Source of the DNA: Rebecca billardiae RCC1528
Taxonomy: Eukaryota; Protista; Haptophyta
Direction of reading: 5' to 3'
Length of the DNA: 64,000 nucleotides
NCBI GenBank assembly: GCA_965240325.2
Contig: OZ251242.1
Location: 1,240,001-1,304,000 of the forward strand
Under the pieces are notes generated by a model. That model was not told the origin of the DNA, searched no databases, and saw only the letters and a program-made list of their open reading frames with translations. The number at the start of each line of letters is the position of its first letter. Position 1 is the first letter of the stretch. Shown in pieces: positions 10,697 to 21,756 of the stretch. Both the position numbers and the translations under genes were made by a program.

Positions 10697-12340
10697 TCAG
10701 GAGCGGGGCACGAGCCACTTGAACTTCTCGTGCAGGTGCTGCACGGGCTGCTGCTTTAGCTTCCGCATCGAGCGCTCTGCCAGCTTGAGGTAGCGCGGCG
10801 GCAGCGCGCACACGGCCTCCTGCGCCGCCTGCGCCTCTGGCGTGAGGCCAGTCATGCCCTCGACGCCGAACTCCTCGACGAGGTAGGCTGCACGGGCACG
10901 GCGGGGCGCGGCGCGGCGGGCGCACGGCGCGGGGGCGGGGCGGGGGGACGAGGCGGGCCGCGCGCGGCGCACGACGCGCGGGCCGTGAGGTGAGTGCGCC
11001 GCGCCAAGCCGCGCGCAGAGCAGAGCAGAGCAGAGCGTGTGCGCGCGCGGGGGGTTCGGGTCTCCCGGGCCCGCGGGCACGCCCCGCACGTCCTCGCGCC
11101 GCGCTCCCTCGCCCCGAACCCTACCCCGCGCGCGCGCACAGATGATCCTCGCGTAGTCCACGGCGGTGTACACCCCAATCTGCTGCGCGACGTCGCTGAA
11201 GTCGGCAAAGAGCGCGCCGTTGTGGCCGTCCGTCATCAGCTCGGCCGGCATCGTGATCTGCGCCTTCATCATGTCGGCGAAGGAGATCATGGCGTTGGAC
11301 GGGTCGAGGCGGAAGATCTCCTTCATGAACGTCTGGTACGCCATCTCGTGCCTGCGGAGCGCGCGCGCGCGGCGAGGAGCGCGGCGCGGCGCGCGTGAGG
11401 CGCGCGCGCGCGGCGCGCCGGCGGCGGTTCGCGCGCGCGCGCGGTGCCGCGCGCCTCGCCGACGCCGCGCGCGCGCGCGCGCAGCCGCCCTCCCCCCCCG
11501 CCCCGCCCCCGCGCGCGTCGCGCACCTCGCCTCGTCCCCCGCGATCCGCGTCGTGAGCATGGCGAGCGTCTTGGCGCCGTGCTCGCCGCACAGCCTGGCC
11601 ACGTTCTGGTGAGAAATCTTGGTTGCGCGCTCCTGGAAGGAGGTGTAGATGATGCCGCGGTACGGGTCCTTCTCGCCGCGCGGGTTGAAGCCGTCGCGGA
11701 TCAGGTTCTGCACCGTCACCTCCATCACGCGCATGTCCACCCGCCCCGAGCAGAAGAGGAACTTGTTGAGCGCGTCGCCGTGCCGGTTCTCCTCGGCGGT
11801 CCACCCGCGCGACCAGCGCGCCCACGGGGAGAGCGAGGTGCCGGTCGGGTCGTCCATGCCCTCGAAGGTGTTGAGGAGGGTCTGGTACGTCGGCAGCGCC
11901 TCCTCCGTCACCGTGTCGCCCACCACGGCGATCAGCACCTCGTCGGGAAGCTCGGCGCACTCCTTGCGCAGCGCGGTCACTCTCTCCACCCAGTCGGGCT
12001 GCGTCATGTCGGGCAGAAAGTCCTGCGGCTGCCACGACTCCTCGACCGTCTTGAGGATGTCCAGTTTGCTCTCCACGAACGGCTCGAGGTGCGTGAGCAC
12101 CTCCACCTTGTGCGGGTACAGCCCGGCCTCGCGCCGCAGCCTCCGGTACTCAGCCTCGACCGGGTCGAGCTCAAACGAGCGCGGCAGCTCGGTGGCGACG
12201 GCGAGCGGCGCGGCGCGGCGCGGCGCGGGGCGCGTGCCCACCAAGCCCGCGCCGCGCGCCGGGTGGCGCACCGCCGCGCCCGCCGCGCCGCCCACGGCGA
12301 GCACCGCCGCCAGCAACGTCTGCCGCGCAGCGGACGACAT
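10697..12340 (-). CDS. SAD: Plastid stearoyl/acyl-ACP delta-9 desaturase; 3 exons (12340-11526, 11351-11140, 10887-10697)
   Basis: Di-iron motifs TEEALPTY, WTAEENRHGD, YTSFQERAT and DEARHE (restored by splicing the GT-AG intron 11352-11525); second intron 10888-11139; bipartite presequence. Confidence 0.95.
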   Translation of the reverse strand: MSSAARQTLLAAVLAVGGAAGAAVRHPARGAGLVGTRPAPRRAAPLAVATELPRSFELDPVEAEYRRLRREAGLYPHKVEVLTHLEPFVESKLDILKTVEESWQPQDFLPDMTQPDWVERVTALRKECAELPDEVLIAVVGDTVTEEALPTYQTLLNTFEGMDDPTGTSLSPWARWSRGWTAEENRHGDALNKFLFCSGRVDMRVMEVTVQNLIRDGFNPRGEKDPYRGIIYTSFQERATKISHQNVARLCGEHGAKTLAMLTTRIAGDEARCATRAGAGRGGRAAARARARRRRGARHRARARTAAGAPRARASRAPRRAPRRARALRRHEMAYQTFMKEIFRLDPSNAMISFADMMKAQITMPAELMTDGHNGALFADFSDVAQQIGVYTAVDYARIICARARGRVRGEGARREDVRGVPAGPGDPNPPRAHTLCSALLCARLGAAHSPHGPRVVRRARPASSPRPAPAPCARRAAPRRARAAYLVEEFGVEGMTGLTPEAQAAQEAVCALPPRYLKLAERSMRKLKQQPVQHLHEKFKWLVPRS

Positions 12341-12798
12341 TATCAACGCGCGCAAACCAGCCGACGACGGCCGCCGTGCGTGGGGAATCGGCGGACGTGT
12401 GGGCCGGAACGGGAACCGTCGAAAAAGCTTCCGAGCATAGACCGGTGGGCGTCTGGAGAACTCGCCAAAAGGGGCCCCGGCGGCATCTGGCCGCCCGCGA
12501 GAGGCCGCGTCGCCCCCGACACAACCAGTGCGGGAGGCGATGTGCTTCGCCCCGCGCGGCAAGTAAGAAAACGTACCCGCTTCCGATTTTCAGTTTTCTG
12601 AGATGATTGTGAGTGCGGCCTCGCCTCGGTTGCGCGGCGGCGGCTTCCAAGGACGGGGGCGCGCGAGACAACCCGGCTGGCCCCGCACGATGGGCGACGT
12701 TTCGGTTGAAATCGGCCTCTCAGATCAGCACTCACAAGCAAGGGTGGCACCTACGGTGGGGAGGCACCCTTTGCGCCCAGCTCGCGGCGAAGGCCGCC

Positions 12799-14410
12799 AT
12801 GCTGGACTCGGCGAGCGTGGGCGCCGAGGCGGCGCGCGGCGGCGGCCCGAGGGGCGGCGGGCCCGCCCACACGCGGCGCCCGCCGCTCACCGACCAGGCC
12901 GCCGACGACGGCCGCGCGCCGCCGGTCGGCCCGGCGCGCTCGGCCGCCAAGGCCATGCAAGTCTACGGCGTGTACGGCAGCTCGACACGCGGCTCGTCGC
13001 GCACGGCCTCCGAGGCGGGCGGCGAAAGCGAGCTCGGGCCCGACGGCTGGAGCTCCGCGCGCGGCGGCTACACCGAGCGCTCCTCGCTCGACGACGCGTC
13101 CGCGCGCGCGGACGACCGTGTAAGACGACACGCGAGCGACTCTAGGCTGTGGCGCCAGGACCCGCTGAGCTGGCGCGCGAACCGGCAGCTGCAGCAGGAG
13201 CTGACGGTGCTGCGCGTGGCGCAGCGCCTCGAGGAGGAGCGCGCGATGCAGGACCACGCGCGCCAGCTCCGCGCCAGGGCGGCCGCGCAGGCGTCGATGG
13301 CGCGCCAGCTCGACCCGGGCGAGTGGAGAAAGGGCGAGCGTGGGTGGCGCGCGCACATGCACCACGTGCAGGTGTCGGCGGAGGCGAGGGCGGCGGTGCG
13401 CGCGCGCGCGCACGCCGCACCGCGCGCGCGGCCCCTCCGCCACGCGCCAGCCCCTCGGCGCCGCGCCGACTGCGCGGGTGCGCGCTGCCCGCGAGTGGGG
13501 TGGTCGGCTGCGCGGCGCGCGCTCACGCGCGCCAACCTCTGGGCGCGCGCTCGTCGCGTGCCGCGCGCCGCGCGCGCGCTCGGCGCAGGAGCGCAAGATC
13601 CTCGAGCAGCAGGAGCGGCTCAAGGCGAGCGTGCAGCAGGTGAACGCGCGCTCCATGCACGAGGAGACGCGCAGCACAGAGCGCCGCCGGATTCGGGAAC
13701 ACCAGCGCGAGATGGGCGCGGCGCGCGAGGCGGCGTCGCGCGCGCTCGCTGCTGAGAGAATGCAAACGCGGGTGGGCGCAGCGCGCGCGCGCGCCGCCGC
13801 CGCCGCCGCGCGAGGATGGCGGCGTGCTGGGCGCCGCCCCCCGCGCGCCCGCCCGCTCACGCTCAGCCCACGCCGCGCACGCTTACCCCCTCGCCACGCC
13901 CTCGCGTGTGTGCCTGTGCCGCCGCCGCCGCCGCTGCCGCTGCCGCTGCCGCTGCCGCCGCCGCTGCTCGGCCCGACGCCACAGGCCGCGCAGCGTCAGC
14001 GCGAGAAGGAGCGGCTGCGGCGCTTCGAGGCGAATGTCACGCGCAAGCGGCTCGGGCTGCCTCGGCTGCCCAACGAGGCGGAGGGCTCGCGCGGGGGCAA
14101 GCAGGACTGGGACGAACTTGGGCTGACGCGGGTGCGACCGTCTGCCGTCGCGCTCGCAGCGAGCTCGGCGCTGCCCCGGCTGCCCACGCGCGGCAGCTCG
14201 AGGGGCTCGGCGGCTGGGAGCGCGCGCCCGCAGCGCGGCGGCGCGGAGGGCGAGCAGCGAGGGAACGGGCCCGGCGATGGCGAGCCGGGCGGCGGCGGCG
14301 GCCGGGGGGGCGGTGACGACAGCCTGCCACCCAGCCCTGAGCACACGCGGCAGCAGCCTGCAGCAGCACACGGCGGCGCAGCACACGCGGCAGCGACAAG
14401 CGCAGCTTGA
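12799..14410 (+). CDS. Hypothetical coiled-coil protein with 2 predicted introns (13372-13588, 13772-13984)
   Basis: Charged helical segments (LQQELTVLRVAQRLEEERAMQ; ERKILEQQERLKASVQQ; QRQREKERLRRFE) join in frame across GT-AG introns. Confidence 0.55.
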
Positions 14411-14567
14411 ACGGCGCAGGCCGCCGCCGCCGTGCCGACCGCGGATGAGCTGGCCGGAGGATGCCGTGACGATGCTGAGGGCGTGCTCGGATCACGACCG
14501 ATAACCGATGACGCGACGACTCACGTCAGCAAGAATCATCATCATCGCATCAGCAGCATATGTAGTC

Positions 14568-15168
14568 TAGAGGGGTCAGAGCCCCACTGGGGGGTGCGTG
14601 GACCCGATCAAAATCCAATTTCCTGTCGTCTGGAGATGAGGCTCTCAAATAACTCTTCGCGGGACGATGTATCAGTGTCGTCGTCAATAATGTCATGGCG
14701 CACTCACATCATCATCTATATTCGTCATCATATTCCGGCCCATCAGTGAAATGACCTATAGTTTAAAAGTGACGATGACCTGGGTCAGCGTGAGCGTCAC
14801 GCTGACACTAGTTTTGCGAATAAAATAAAGCGTGTCGTCACAGCATACTGGCGCCTGGCGGAGATATACGACCTGCTCAATCTCTGACGCGATCTCGGCA
14901 ACATTATAGTAGCAGGGGAGATACACGATCTCCAAGGTGATCTCGCTATTTGCGCACCAGAATCGCACCGCGTCTAGATCACATTTTGGCAGGATCTGAA
15001 ATTGCAGAAAGTTGGCACAGGCGGATTCTACACCCTGGAATAAATAAGCCTAAACGAACTTAAATAACGGACTCAAACAGTTACAAACCGAGGAGATAAT
15101 TTATATTTCGAGATTTCGGGCGGATTGTGTCATTCGGGAGTGTAACGGTCGGAGCTCTGACCCCACTA
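14568..15168. mobile_element. hAT-like MITE with TAG...CTA termini
   Basis: TAGAGGGGTCAGAGC and GCTCTGACCCCACTA imperfect TIRs; ATGTAGTC lies immediately left and recurs on the right after a 5-bp TATAT slip; AT-richer interior. Confidence 0.6.
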
Positions 15169-15845
15169 TATATATGTAGTCTCATCATGATCACTGCTGC
15201 TGATGACGCTGCTCGGACGGCGCGTACATACACTACTCCACCGGCCGCTGCCTAGCTACTCGCGGACTAATAACGCGGACTTTTAAATAATAACTCGCGA
15301 CGACTAGCTGACGCACGGCACTCTGCTACGGCCCGATCGTCAGCACGCGCGGCGCAGCTGAAAGCAGTCGTGCCATTATTATATAATAAGTTTATTATGC
15401 TCGTGGCGTCGGAGACGGAGTGACCACTGACTGACGGTGTGCTAGCAGTGAAGAACGCGACCGACGTCAGTGCAGACGACCGGTCGTAGTATAGCGCGCG
15501 CAGCGGGGTGCGGCCGCCGGCCACCGCACCCGGTTTCACATTCGTCATCGCCGAGATCACTGCTGCGATCGGATGATGACTGCGCGATCGTCGGACAGTG
15601 CGCATGGGCTGTTATTGGGCACCGTGATGGCCCGGCGAGCGGCGCCGGCAGCGTCCCGGAGTGAGGCCGAGCGCTCCGGGACTCGGGAGCATTGTGATGA
15701 GTGTGACGAGCCGCCATCATCAGTAACTAGTGAAGCTGACAATGGCCAGCTTAGAGCCGCGCCGCGCGGGCCGCTGCGGCGCATACGTGCGAGACAGCGA
15801 GTGCGACTCGGCGGGAGTCCGCCAGACGCATCACGTCCGTCTTGC

Positions 15846-18167
15846 TCACGGTCGCGTGGGCAGCAATGCCGCTTTGAGGTGGTCGGCCACGCTGCCGCCG
15901 CCTGACGCGTGCGCCGCGCGCCCGCCCGCCGCTGAGAGCTGGCGCGAGACCTGCGCCACCTCATGCTGCCGCATCAGCTTCCCCGTCATCGCACGAGCGC
16001 GCGCGAGTGCCGCCGCCGCCTCCGTGCCTGTGAAGAGCTCGTATGTGCGACTCGCTTCGGCGCTTCTCCGCAGCAGGCCGCGCTCAAGCCGGAGCTGAGG
16101 GTCGGGTAGGTGCGGCGGCGGTGCCCCCGACCTGCGCCACGCGCGGCCATCGCCGCCCGCGGGTCCGGCCTTGCCCCAGTCCGGACCGACCACGAGCGGA
16201 GGCTGAGGCTGGGCATCGGTCGCCGCATGCCAGGCCCAACTGCTCGGGCGCACGGCCGGCGCACCACCCTCCGTACGGACGGGCGACAGCGCATGCGCTG
16301 GCAGCGCGGTGGGCCGCCGACTCGCCGCGGCGCCCACGACCGCAGCTGCGGCCGCTGCAGATGCCACCTTCGTCTCACCACCGAACGCAGAGGGCGCTCG
16401 GGCATCCGCGGCGGACGAGCCCTCGGGGGCGCCATCGGCCGACGCTGGCCCCGGCGTGGGTCCGTCGCGTCGCGCGGCGGGCGCGGCGGCCGAGTGCTCC
16501 TGCGCCGGCTGGCTGCCCCGGTGCACACCCGCCGTGCCAGCAGCAGGCCGGTCGGCACGGTCCGCGCGCGCCGCGGAGCCGGGAGGACGCTGCTCCTCGT
16601 CGCCGTCTCGCACGCCCACCGCCAGCTGCTGCGGCGGCGGCGGCGGCAGCTCGACCTGGCCGAGCAGCGCCGAGCTGGAGCCGTCTTCGCGCGCTCGCCC
16701 GGCCGCGCGCGGCGTGGGCGCAGCGTGGGGGTGGCGCGGGGCCAGCGGCGTCGGGGGCCCTGAGACCGGCGTGCCCCTGCGGTCGCCCTCTGCGGGCGGC
16801 CCGCTACCGCCGCGGCCGCCGTCCGCCACGGCTGCCTCCCCCGAGGGAGGCGGCGAGGGTGGCGGCGGCGGCAGCGTTGGCTGCTGGCGCGGCACGGATG
16901 GCATGGGCTGCGCGCGCACTGGCACACCCAGCACCGACGCGCGCGAGGCCGATTGCGGCCGCTCGGGCGTGGCACGGCCCTGCGTTGTCACAGTCGTCGC
17001 CTCCGCCGATGCCGGCAACGCCCGCTCCGCCTCCTCTGGCTGAGGTGAGGAGGGCGGCTGTGGAATGACGGAGACGAGCACCGGTGCGCCCAGCTGCAGG
17101 GGCTCGGCGCACACCGGCGGGAACGCGCCTGACGCGGCGTGGCCTTGCGGCGAGCTGCAGACGACGGCCGCCATGCGTGGGCGAGTCGCCTCGGTGTCGT
17201 CGACAGCGCCATCGCCGCCGCCATCGACGCGTCCGCGGACGGGTGTCGCCTCATGCACCGCGTAGCCGCGTGCCAGGGCTGTGTGCGCGGGGTCAGGCGA
17301 GGCTATGGGCCGCGCGCACACGGGAGGCTGCCCCGCCTCGCGCTCCGTCGACGACTGCTCTTCGCCCGCCTCGTCCTGAGCGGCAGCGGCGCGGCCGTGG
17401 TGCGCAACCGCTTCGAGCGGAGGCGATGGCACAGATGTCATGTTTGCGAGCAGCTCGGCCGTCTTCGGCCCGGTTGGCCCAGACTCGCGCGCCGTCGCCT
17501 CCGCCGCGTCCGCGAGCACCTTGAGAGGCGTGCCGCGCATGCGCGCCGCTTGGATCTGCTCGTACGCGGCCTTGGCCGACTCCTCCGTCGGATGGCACCC
17601 GAGGTGCCTCTTCTTGCACACGTCCGGGTCCCACAGCTGCACCTGCCACGGGTTGCGCTTGTTGCGCTTGTCAAAGGAGACGCCGATGAAGCGCGAGGTC
17701 TTGGTCCGCTTCGGCTTGAGCCGCTTCTTCCTCTTGGGCGGACACGCACCCACACCGTCGGCTTCGGCTGCGTCGCCGTCATCCGCCTCGCAAAGGCCCG
17801 CGCAGTCGACATCCATGTCCTCGTCCGAGTCGTCGTCTGAAAAGTCCGCATCCATCATGTTGTCGTCGAGGTCAGCGTCGGCGTCGAGGACGGGATCAGC
17901 GTCGGGGTCGGGCCCAGCGGGGTATGCGAGGACGGGCGCCGAGACGGATGCACTCGCGAGGCCCACGGTCGCAGGGAGCGGGATGCCTGGCTTTGGCGCG
18001 CCGATGGGCACGGCTTCAGCAAAGGGCATTGCGCACGCGCACTCGCATGGCGCCTCCGACGAGGCCGGCACTTCGTCGGCGCAAGTGGGCTCCTCAGCCG
18101 TGAGTGGCGCAGGTGCCTGCCCAGCGGGCCCATCCGGCGCCCGCGAGTTCTCCGCTTCGGCTTCCAT
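15846..18167 (-). CDS. AP2/ERF-domain transcription factor-like protein
   Basis: NLS PPKRKKRLKPKR followed by KTSRFIGVSFDKRNKRNPWQVQLWDPDVCKKRHLGCHPTEESAKAAYE; acidic region; low-complexity tail. Confidence 0.8.
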   Translation of the reverse strand: MEAEAENSRAPDGPAGQAPAPLTAEEPTCADEVPASSEAPCECACAMPFAEAVPIGAPKPGIPLPATVGLASASVSAPVLAYPAGPDPDADPVLDADADLDDNMMDADFSDDDSDEDMDVDCAGLCEADDGDAAEADGVGACPPKRKKRLKPKRTKTSRFIGVSFDKRNKRNPWQVQLWDPDVCKKRHLGCHPTEESAKAAYEQIQAARMRGTPLKVLADAAEATARESGPTGPKTAELLANMTSVPSPPLEAVAHHGRAAAAQDEAGEEQSSTEREAGQPPVCARPIASPDPAHTALARGYAVHEATPVRGRVDGGGDGAVDDTEATRPRMAAVVCSSPQGHAASGAFPPVCAEPLQLGAPVLVSVIPQPPSSPQPEEAERALPASAEATTVTTQGRATPERPQSASRASVLGVPVRAQPMPSVPRQQPTLPPPPPSPPPSGEAAVADGGRGGSGPPAEGDRRGTPVSGPPTPLAPRHPHAAPTPRAAGRAREDGSSSALLGQVELPPPPPQQLAVGVRDGDEEQRPPGSAARADRADRPAAGTAGVHRGSQPAQEHSAAAPAARRDGPTPGPASADGAPEGSSAADARAPSAFGGETKVASAAAAAAVVGAAASRRPTALPAHALSPVRTEGGAPAVRPSSWAWHAATDAQPQPPLVVGPDWGKAGPAGGDGRAWRRSGAPPPHLPDPQLRLERGLLRRSAEASRTYELFTGTEAAAALARARAMTGKLMRQHEVAQVSRQLSAAGGRAAHASGGGSVADHLKAALLPTRP

Positions 18168-18436
18168 CCAAGCGCTCGTGGTGAGGCCGCGGGAGGACGT
18201 GGGGGGAGGCTTTGGACCTTGACTGGGCAACGCGACGGCCTCGGCATGTCGTAGCGCACCTGCATGGCTATTTTCCTATTCATCCATAGGAGAATGCATT
18301 CTTTGACTAGTCAGTGTATGACAGGCGTTGTTGAAGGAGTGCTACCCACTTCACCGACCCGCAGCCGAATTAAAGGTCCGGACACGGCCCTTTTCCGGAC
18401 CGCGCCCAACCGGTGTCGCCGAGTTCCGGCAGGAGA

Positions 18437-18880
18437 ATGGTGACTCGCGTGCTCACGCCGTGCGCGGTGGCGTGCGCACTGCTGCTCGCCGGCCGCTCGG
18501 AGGCGAAGAAGGTTGTGGTGGTGCCGGGCTGGCCGAAAGTCCCGTGGCTCTCTGCCGGTGTCATCGCGTCCGACCTCGTCTTCGTCTCCGGCATGGCCGG
18601 CCTCGACTTTGGGACGATGAAGCTGTGCCCGGGCGGCGCCGCCCACGAGACCGAGTGCGCTCTTCGGAATGTCAGATCGGTTATCGAGGCGGCCGGCACG
18701 ACGATGCAGCATGTGGTGGAGTGCACAGTCTACCTGGCGTCGATATCCGACTTTGCTGATGTGAATGGCGCCTACCACGCCGCCTTTGCGTCCGAGCCAC
18801 CAGCACGCGCTGCAATCGAGGTGGGCGCACTCGCCGGCGGGGCCCGCGTCGAGATCAAGTGCACGGCTGAGCTGAAATGA
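18437..18880 (+). CDS. ridA: RidA/YjgF/UK114-family imine deaminase with an N-terminal signal peptide
   Basis: LVFVSGMAG, ALRNVRSVIEAAG, VECTVYL, PARAAIEV (catalytic Arg), VEIKCTA. Confidence 0.85.
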   Translation: MVTRVLTPCAVACALLLAGRSEAKKVVVVPGWPKVPWLSAGVIASDLVFVSGMAGLDFGTMKLCPGGAAHETECALRNVRSVIEAAGTTMQHVVECTVYLASISDFADVNGAYHAAFASEPPARAAIEVGALAGGARVEIKCTAELK

Positions 18881-18962
18881 CCACATGCGCTGCCCTGAGG
18901 TGCGACCTACCGTAGGTTGAGCTCTGCTGCATGCGCCACTGGACGCGGCATGGCATCGCGTA

Positions 18963-19756
18963 CAGTTTACTATGTTTTAACGTGCACACTTGGTTAAGGC
19001 GTGATTGACGCCATCCAACACTGCACAAAGACACCGCCACAAACAGACCGGCGCAGGCAGGTGAGGGGCGCGTTGCCGCACCTCATCGAGGCGGCCATTG
19101 CAGCAAGCTGCCGCCCCGCGCTCGGAGGCACGCGCTCGGGAGCGCGCTCTGCCACACCACACGGGGAGGGTCAGGGTGCTGCACCTGGATGTTGTATCCC
19201 AGCCACCTCGAGAGTGCAGCCGCGCCAAACACCTGCCTGCGCTGTGAGCGACGCCACGTCGACTGATCGAGCCCCAGCCGAAGGGAAGAACTGGAAGATG
19301 AAGGGTGGGCAGGTCCACATGCCCGGCGTAAACTGCGCGCTGCTCGCCTGCGGAGGCAAGCAGCGCACCCCCGCCGCCTTCGCAGCAGCGGGGGCGGGGG
19401 AAAGCGGCCCCTCTCGGCTGCCGCCAGCCCCTGTCTGCCCACCTACCCCGGTTGTGGCACAGAGCCTTCGCCTGCCCCGAACACAAACACCTTGTGAACA
19501 GGGCCAGGCGCGGCCCCACGCCCCATCGGCCATCGGGACGAGTGGGCCCGCGAAGAGCGCGCCCACGACCTCGTCGGTCGTCGCCGACCGGCCGCGCCCT
19601 CATGCCCAGACGCCGCAGCCGGGGCGCCATCACCCAGAGGGTGATGGCAGCCCCCGGCCTCTTGGCGGTCCGAAGACATGCGGGACAGTGGCTTGATTGG
19701 TCTGACGCGGAGCCCGCGAGTCACTGATTACCTGCAGTGGTAAACATAGTAAACTG
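18963..19756. mobile_element. Tc1/mariner-type MITE
   Basis: TA|CAGTTTACTATGTTT ... AAACATAGTAAACTG|TA: CAGT termini with TA TSD. Confidence 0.8.
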
Positions 19757-19830
19757 TACGAGTCACTCCAAGATACGACGCCATAGCCCATATACGGCAT
19801 ACTGCATCGGCGACGGTTGGCCGCCCACCG

Positions 19831-21321
19831 ATGACGACGACTCATAGTGAGGGCGGCGATAGCGGCGCGCCTGCGACGGCGACGCCGCTCGAGCTCGGCG
19901 ACCTGCCGCCAGAGGTGCTTGAGCGTATCGCCACGCAACTTTCGCTGCGCGATCTCGCCAGCGCCAACGCCACCTCGCGCCTGTTCCGCGGCGCGCCTAC
20001 TGGCGGCAGCTCGCCGGTCGAGCGCGTGCTGCGCGAGCGCGCGCGCACACGCGGGCACGCTCGCGTGCTGCCGGCGACGCTGCCCGGCGGTGTGCACACG
20101 TGGGCGGAGGAGTTGTTCGCGCGAGAGCGCGTCCTCGCCGACGCGCGCGTGCACATGGCCGTCGCTGCGTGCGGCAGCGGCTTCAGCGCGTTTGTGGACG
20201 CGGAGGGCGGGCTGCACACGTGCGGCGAGGAGCAGGCAGAGGGCGAGGACGAGATGTATCGCGCACACGTGGCGACGGGTCACGCGCGTGTGGGCGCCAC
20301 GCTCGTGCCGACGCGCGTCGCCTCGCTCTCCGCCGTGTGCGTGGTTGCGGTGGCCGCTGGCGAGACCCACCTGCTCGCGCTGAGCGACGCCGGCGCCGTG
20401 TACGGCTGCGGCTGCAACGACAGCGGGCAGCTGGGCGTGGGGGACGACGAGTCGCGGCACACGTTCGCGCGCGTGCACGCGCTTGCGCCCGAGGCCGTCG
20501 TGGGCGTCGCGGCTGGCGAGGCTCACAGCCTCGCCCTCACCGTCGCGGGCTGCGCGTACAGCTGGGGCGCCAACAACTACGGCCAGCTCGGCCAAGGCGA
20601 CACGGTGTTTCGGTGGGAGCCGGCGCGCGTCGAGGCGCTGGACGGCGTGCGTACGGGCGCCGTGTCGGCGGGCGGGCAGCACACACTCTTCCTCTCCTCC
20701 GGCGGCCACGTCTACTCGTGCGGATACGGCCACTTGGGCCGGCTCGGCCACGGCGACACGCACGACCAGCCCACGCCGAGGCGCATCGAGGCGCTCGCTG
20801 GCGTGACGCCGGTGTGCGTGAGCGCCGGCCGGACGCACAGCCTGGTGGTGGATGCGAATGGTGCCGTGCTCTCGCTCGGCGTGGACAATATTGCCGCGCT
20901 GAGCCACCAGGACACGCTCGACCCGGGCGTGCCCACGCGCATCGAGACTCCGGCCGGCGTGCGCGCAGTGCGCGCGACCGCAGGGCACTACTGCAGTGCG
21001 GTGCTGGGCGCGGACGGCAGCGTGCACGCATGTGGCTGGAACCATCTCGGGCTGCTGGGGCTCGGGGCCGGCGTGGGCCATCCGATCGAGACCAGCCGCG
21101 TGACGGCGCTCGCGCTCGCGCACGGAAGCGCCGTGGGCTGCGCGCTCGGCCGCAGGCATGCGCTGTACCTCACGGCGGACGGCGGCGCGCACGCATGCGG
21201 CAAGCACTCGGCAGCGCTTGGCCTCGGCGTGAGCGCGGCCGCCGGGCGCGAGCCAGTGCACGCGCCCACGTGCATCGAGCAGCTGCCGCGCTTGCTGCGG
21301 TGCGCGGTGGCGGACGCATGA
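19831..21321 (+). CDS. F-box plus RCC1-repeat (UVR8/HERC-like) protein
   Basis: F-box LGDLPPEVLERIATQLSLRDLASANATSRLFR; repeats VAAGETHLLAL..GAVYGCGCNDSGQLG, VAAGEAHSLAL..YSWGANNYGQLG and others. Confidence 0.9.
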   Translation: MTTTHSEGGDSGAPATATPLELGDLPPEVLERIATQLSLRDLASANATSRLFRGAPTGGSSPVERVLRERARTRGHARVLPATLPGGVHTWAEELFARERVLADARVHMAVAACGSGFSAFVDAEGGLHTCGEEQAEGEDEMYRAHVATGHARVGATLVPTRVASLSAVCVVAVAAGETHLLALSDAGAVYGCGCNDSGQLGVGDDESRHTFARVHALAPEAVVGVAAGEAHSLALTVAGCAYSWGANNYGQLGQGDTVFRWEPARVEALDGVRTGAVSAGGQHTLFLSSGGHVYSCGYGHLGRLGHGDTHDQPTPRRIEALAGVTPVCVSAGRTHSLVVDANGAVLSLGVDNIAALSHQDTLDPGVPTRIETPAGVRAVRATAGHYCSAVLGADGSVHACGWNHLGLLGLGAGVGHPIETSRVTALALAHGSAVGCALGRRHALYLTADGGAHACGKHSAALGLGVSAAAGREPVHAPTCIEQLPRLLRCAVADA

Positions 21322-21756
21322 CGTCCTCGTCTGGCGGCACCCCCCGCGCGCGCGCCGCCTGTGCTCGTGCCGCCGCACTCACGCGTCGTCGTGGCGGGTT
21401 ACCTATAGGACGATGCGCATCACGCAGCATGAGCATGCTGCCAGCAAGTCTCAGCCGAGTGAGTGAGTCAGGCTCAGCGCCGGCCCGAAGACGCACTACG
21501 CAGTCAGCCAGTCATCTGGTGCCTGATGACTACGCGCGATGATGATGACGATGAATATATATATCTCTCTCTCTCTCTCTATATATACGTATATACGACG
21601 CTGACGTGGCGTCAGCTCACTCGTCAGGCGGGCGCGATCATATATATATATCACGACGACGACGATAACGACGACGACGACTATATAGCTACGCGATGCC
21701 TACTATTATTATTATTGCCATCGTCATCAGCATGCGATAGATCAGCGCGCGCGCGC

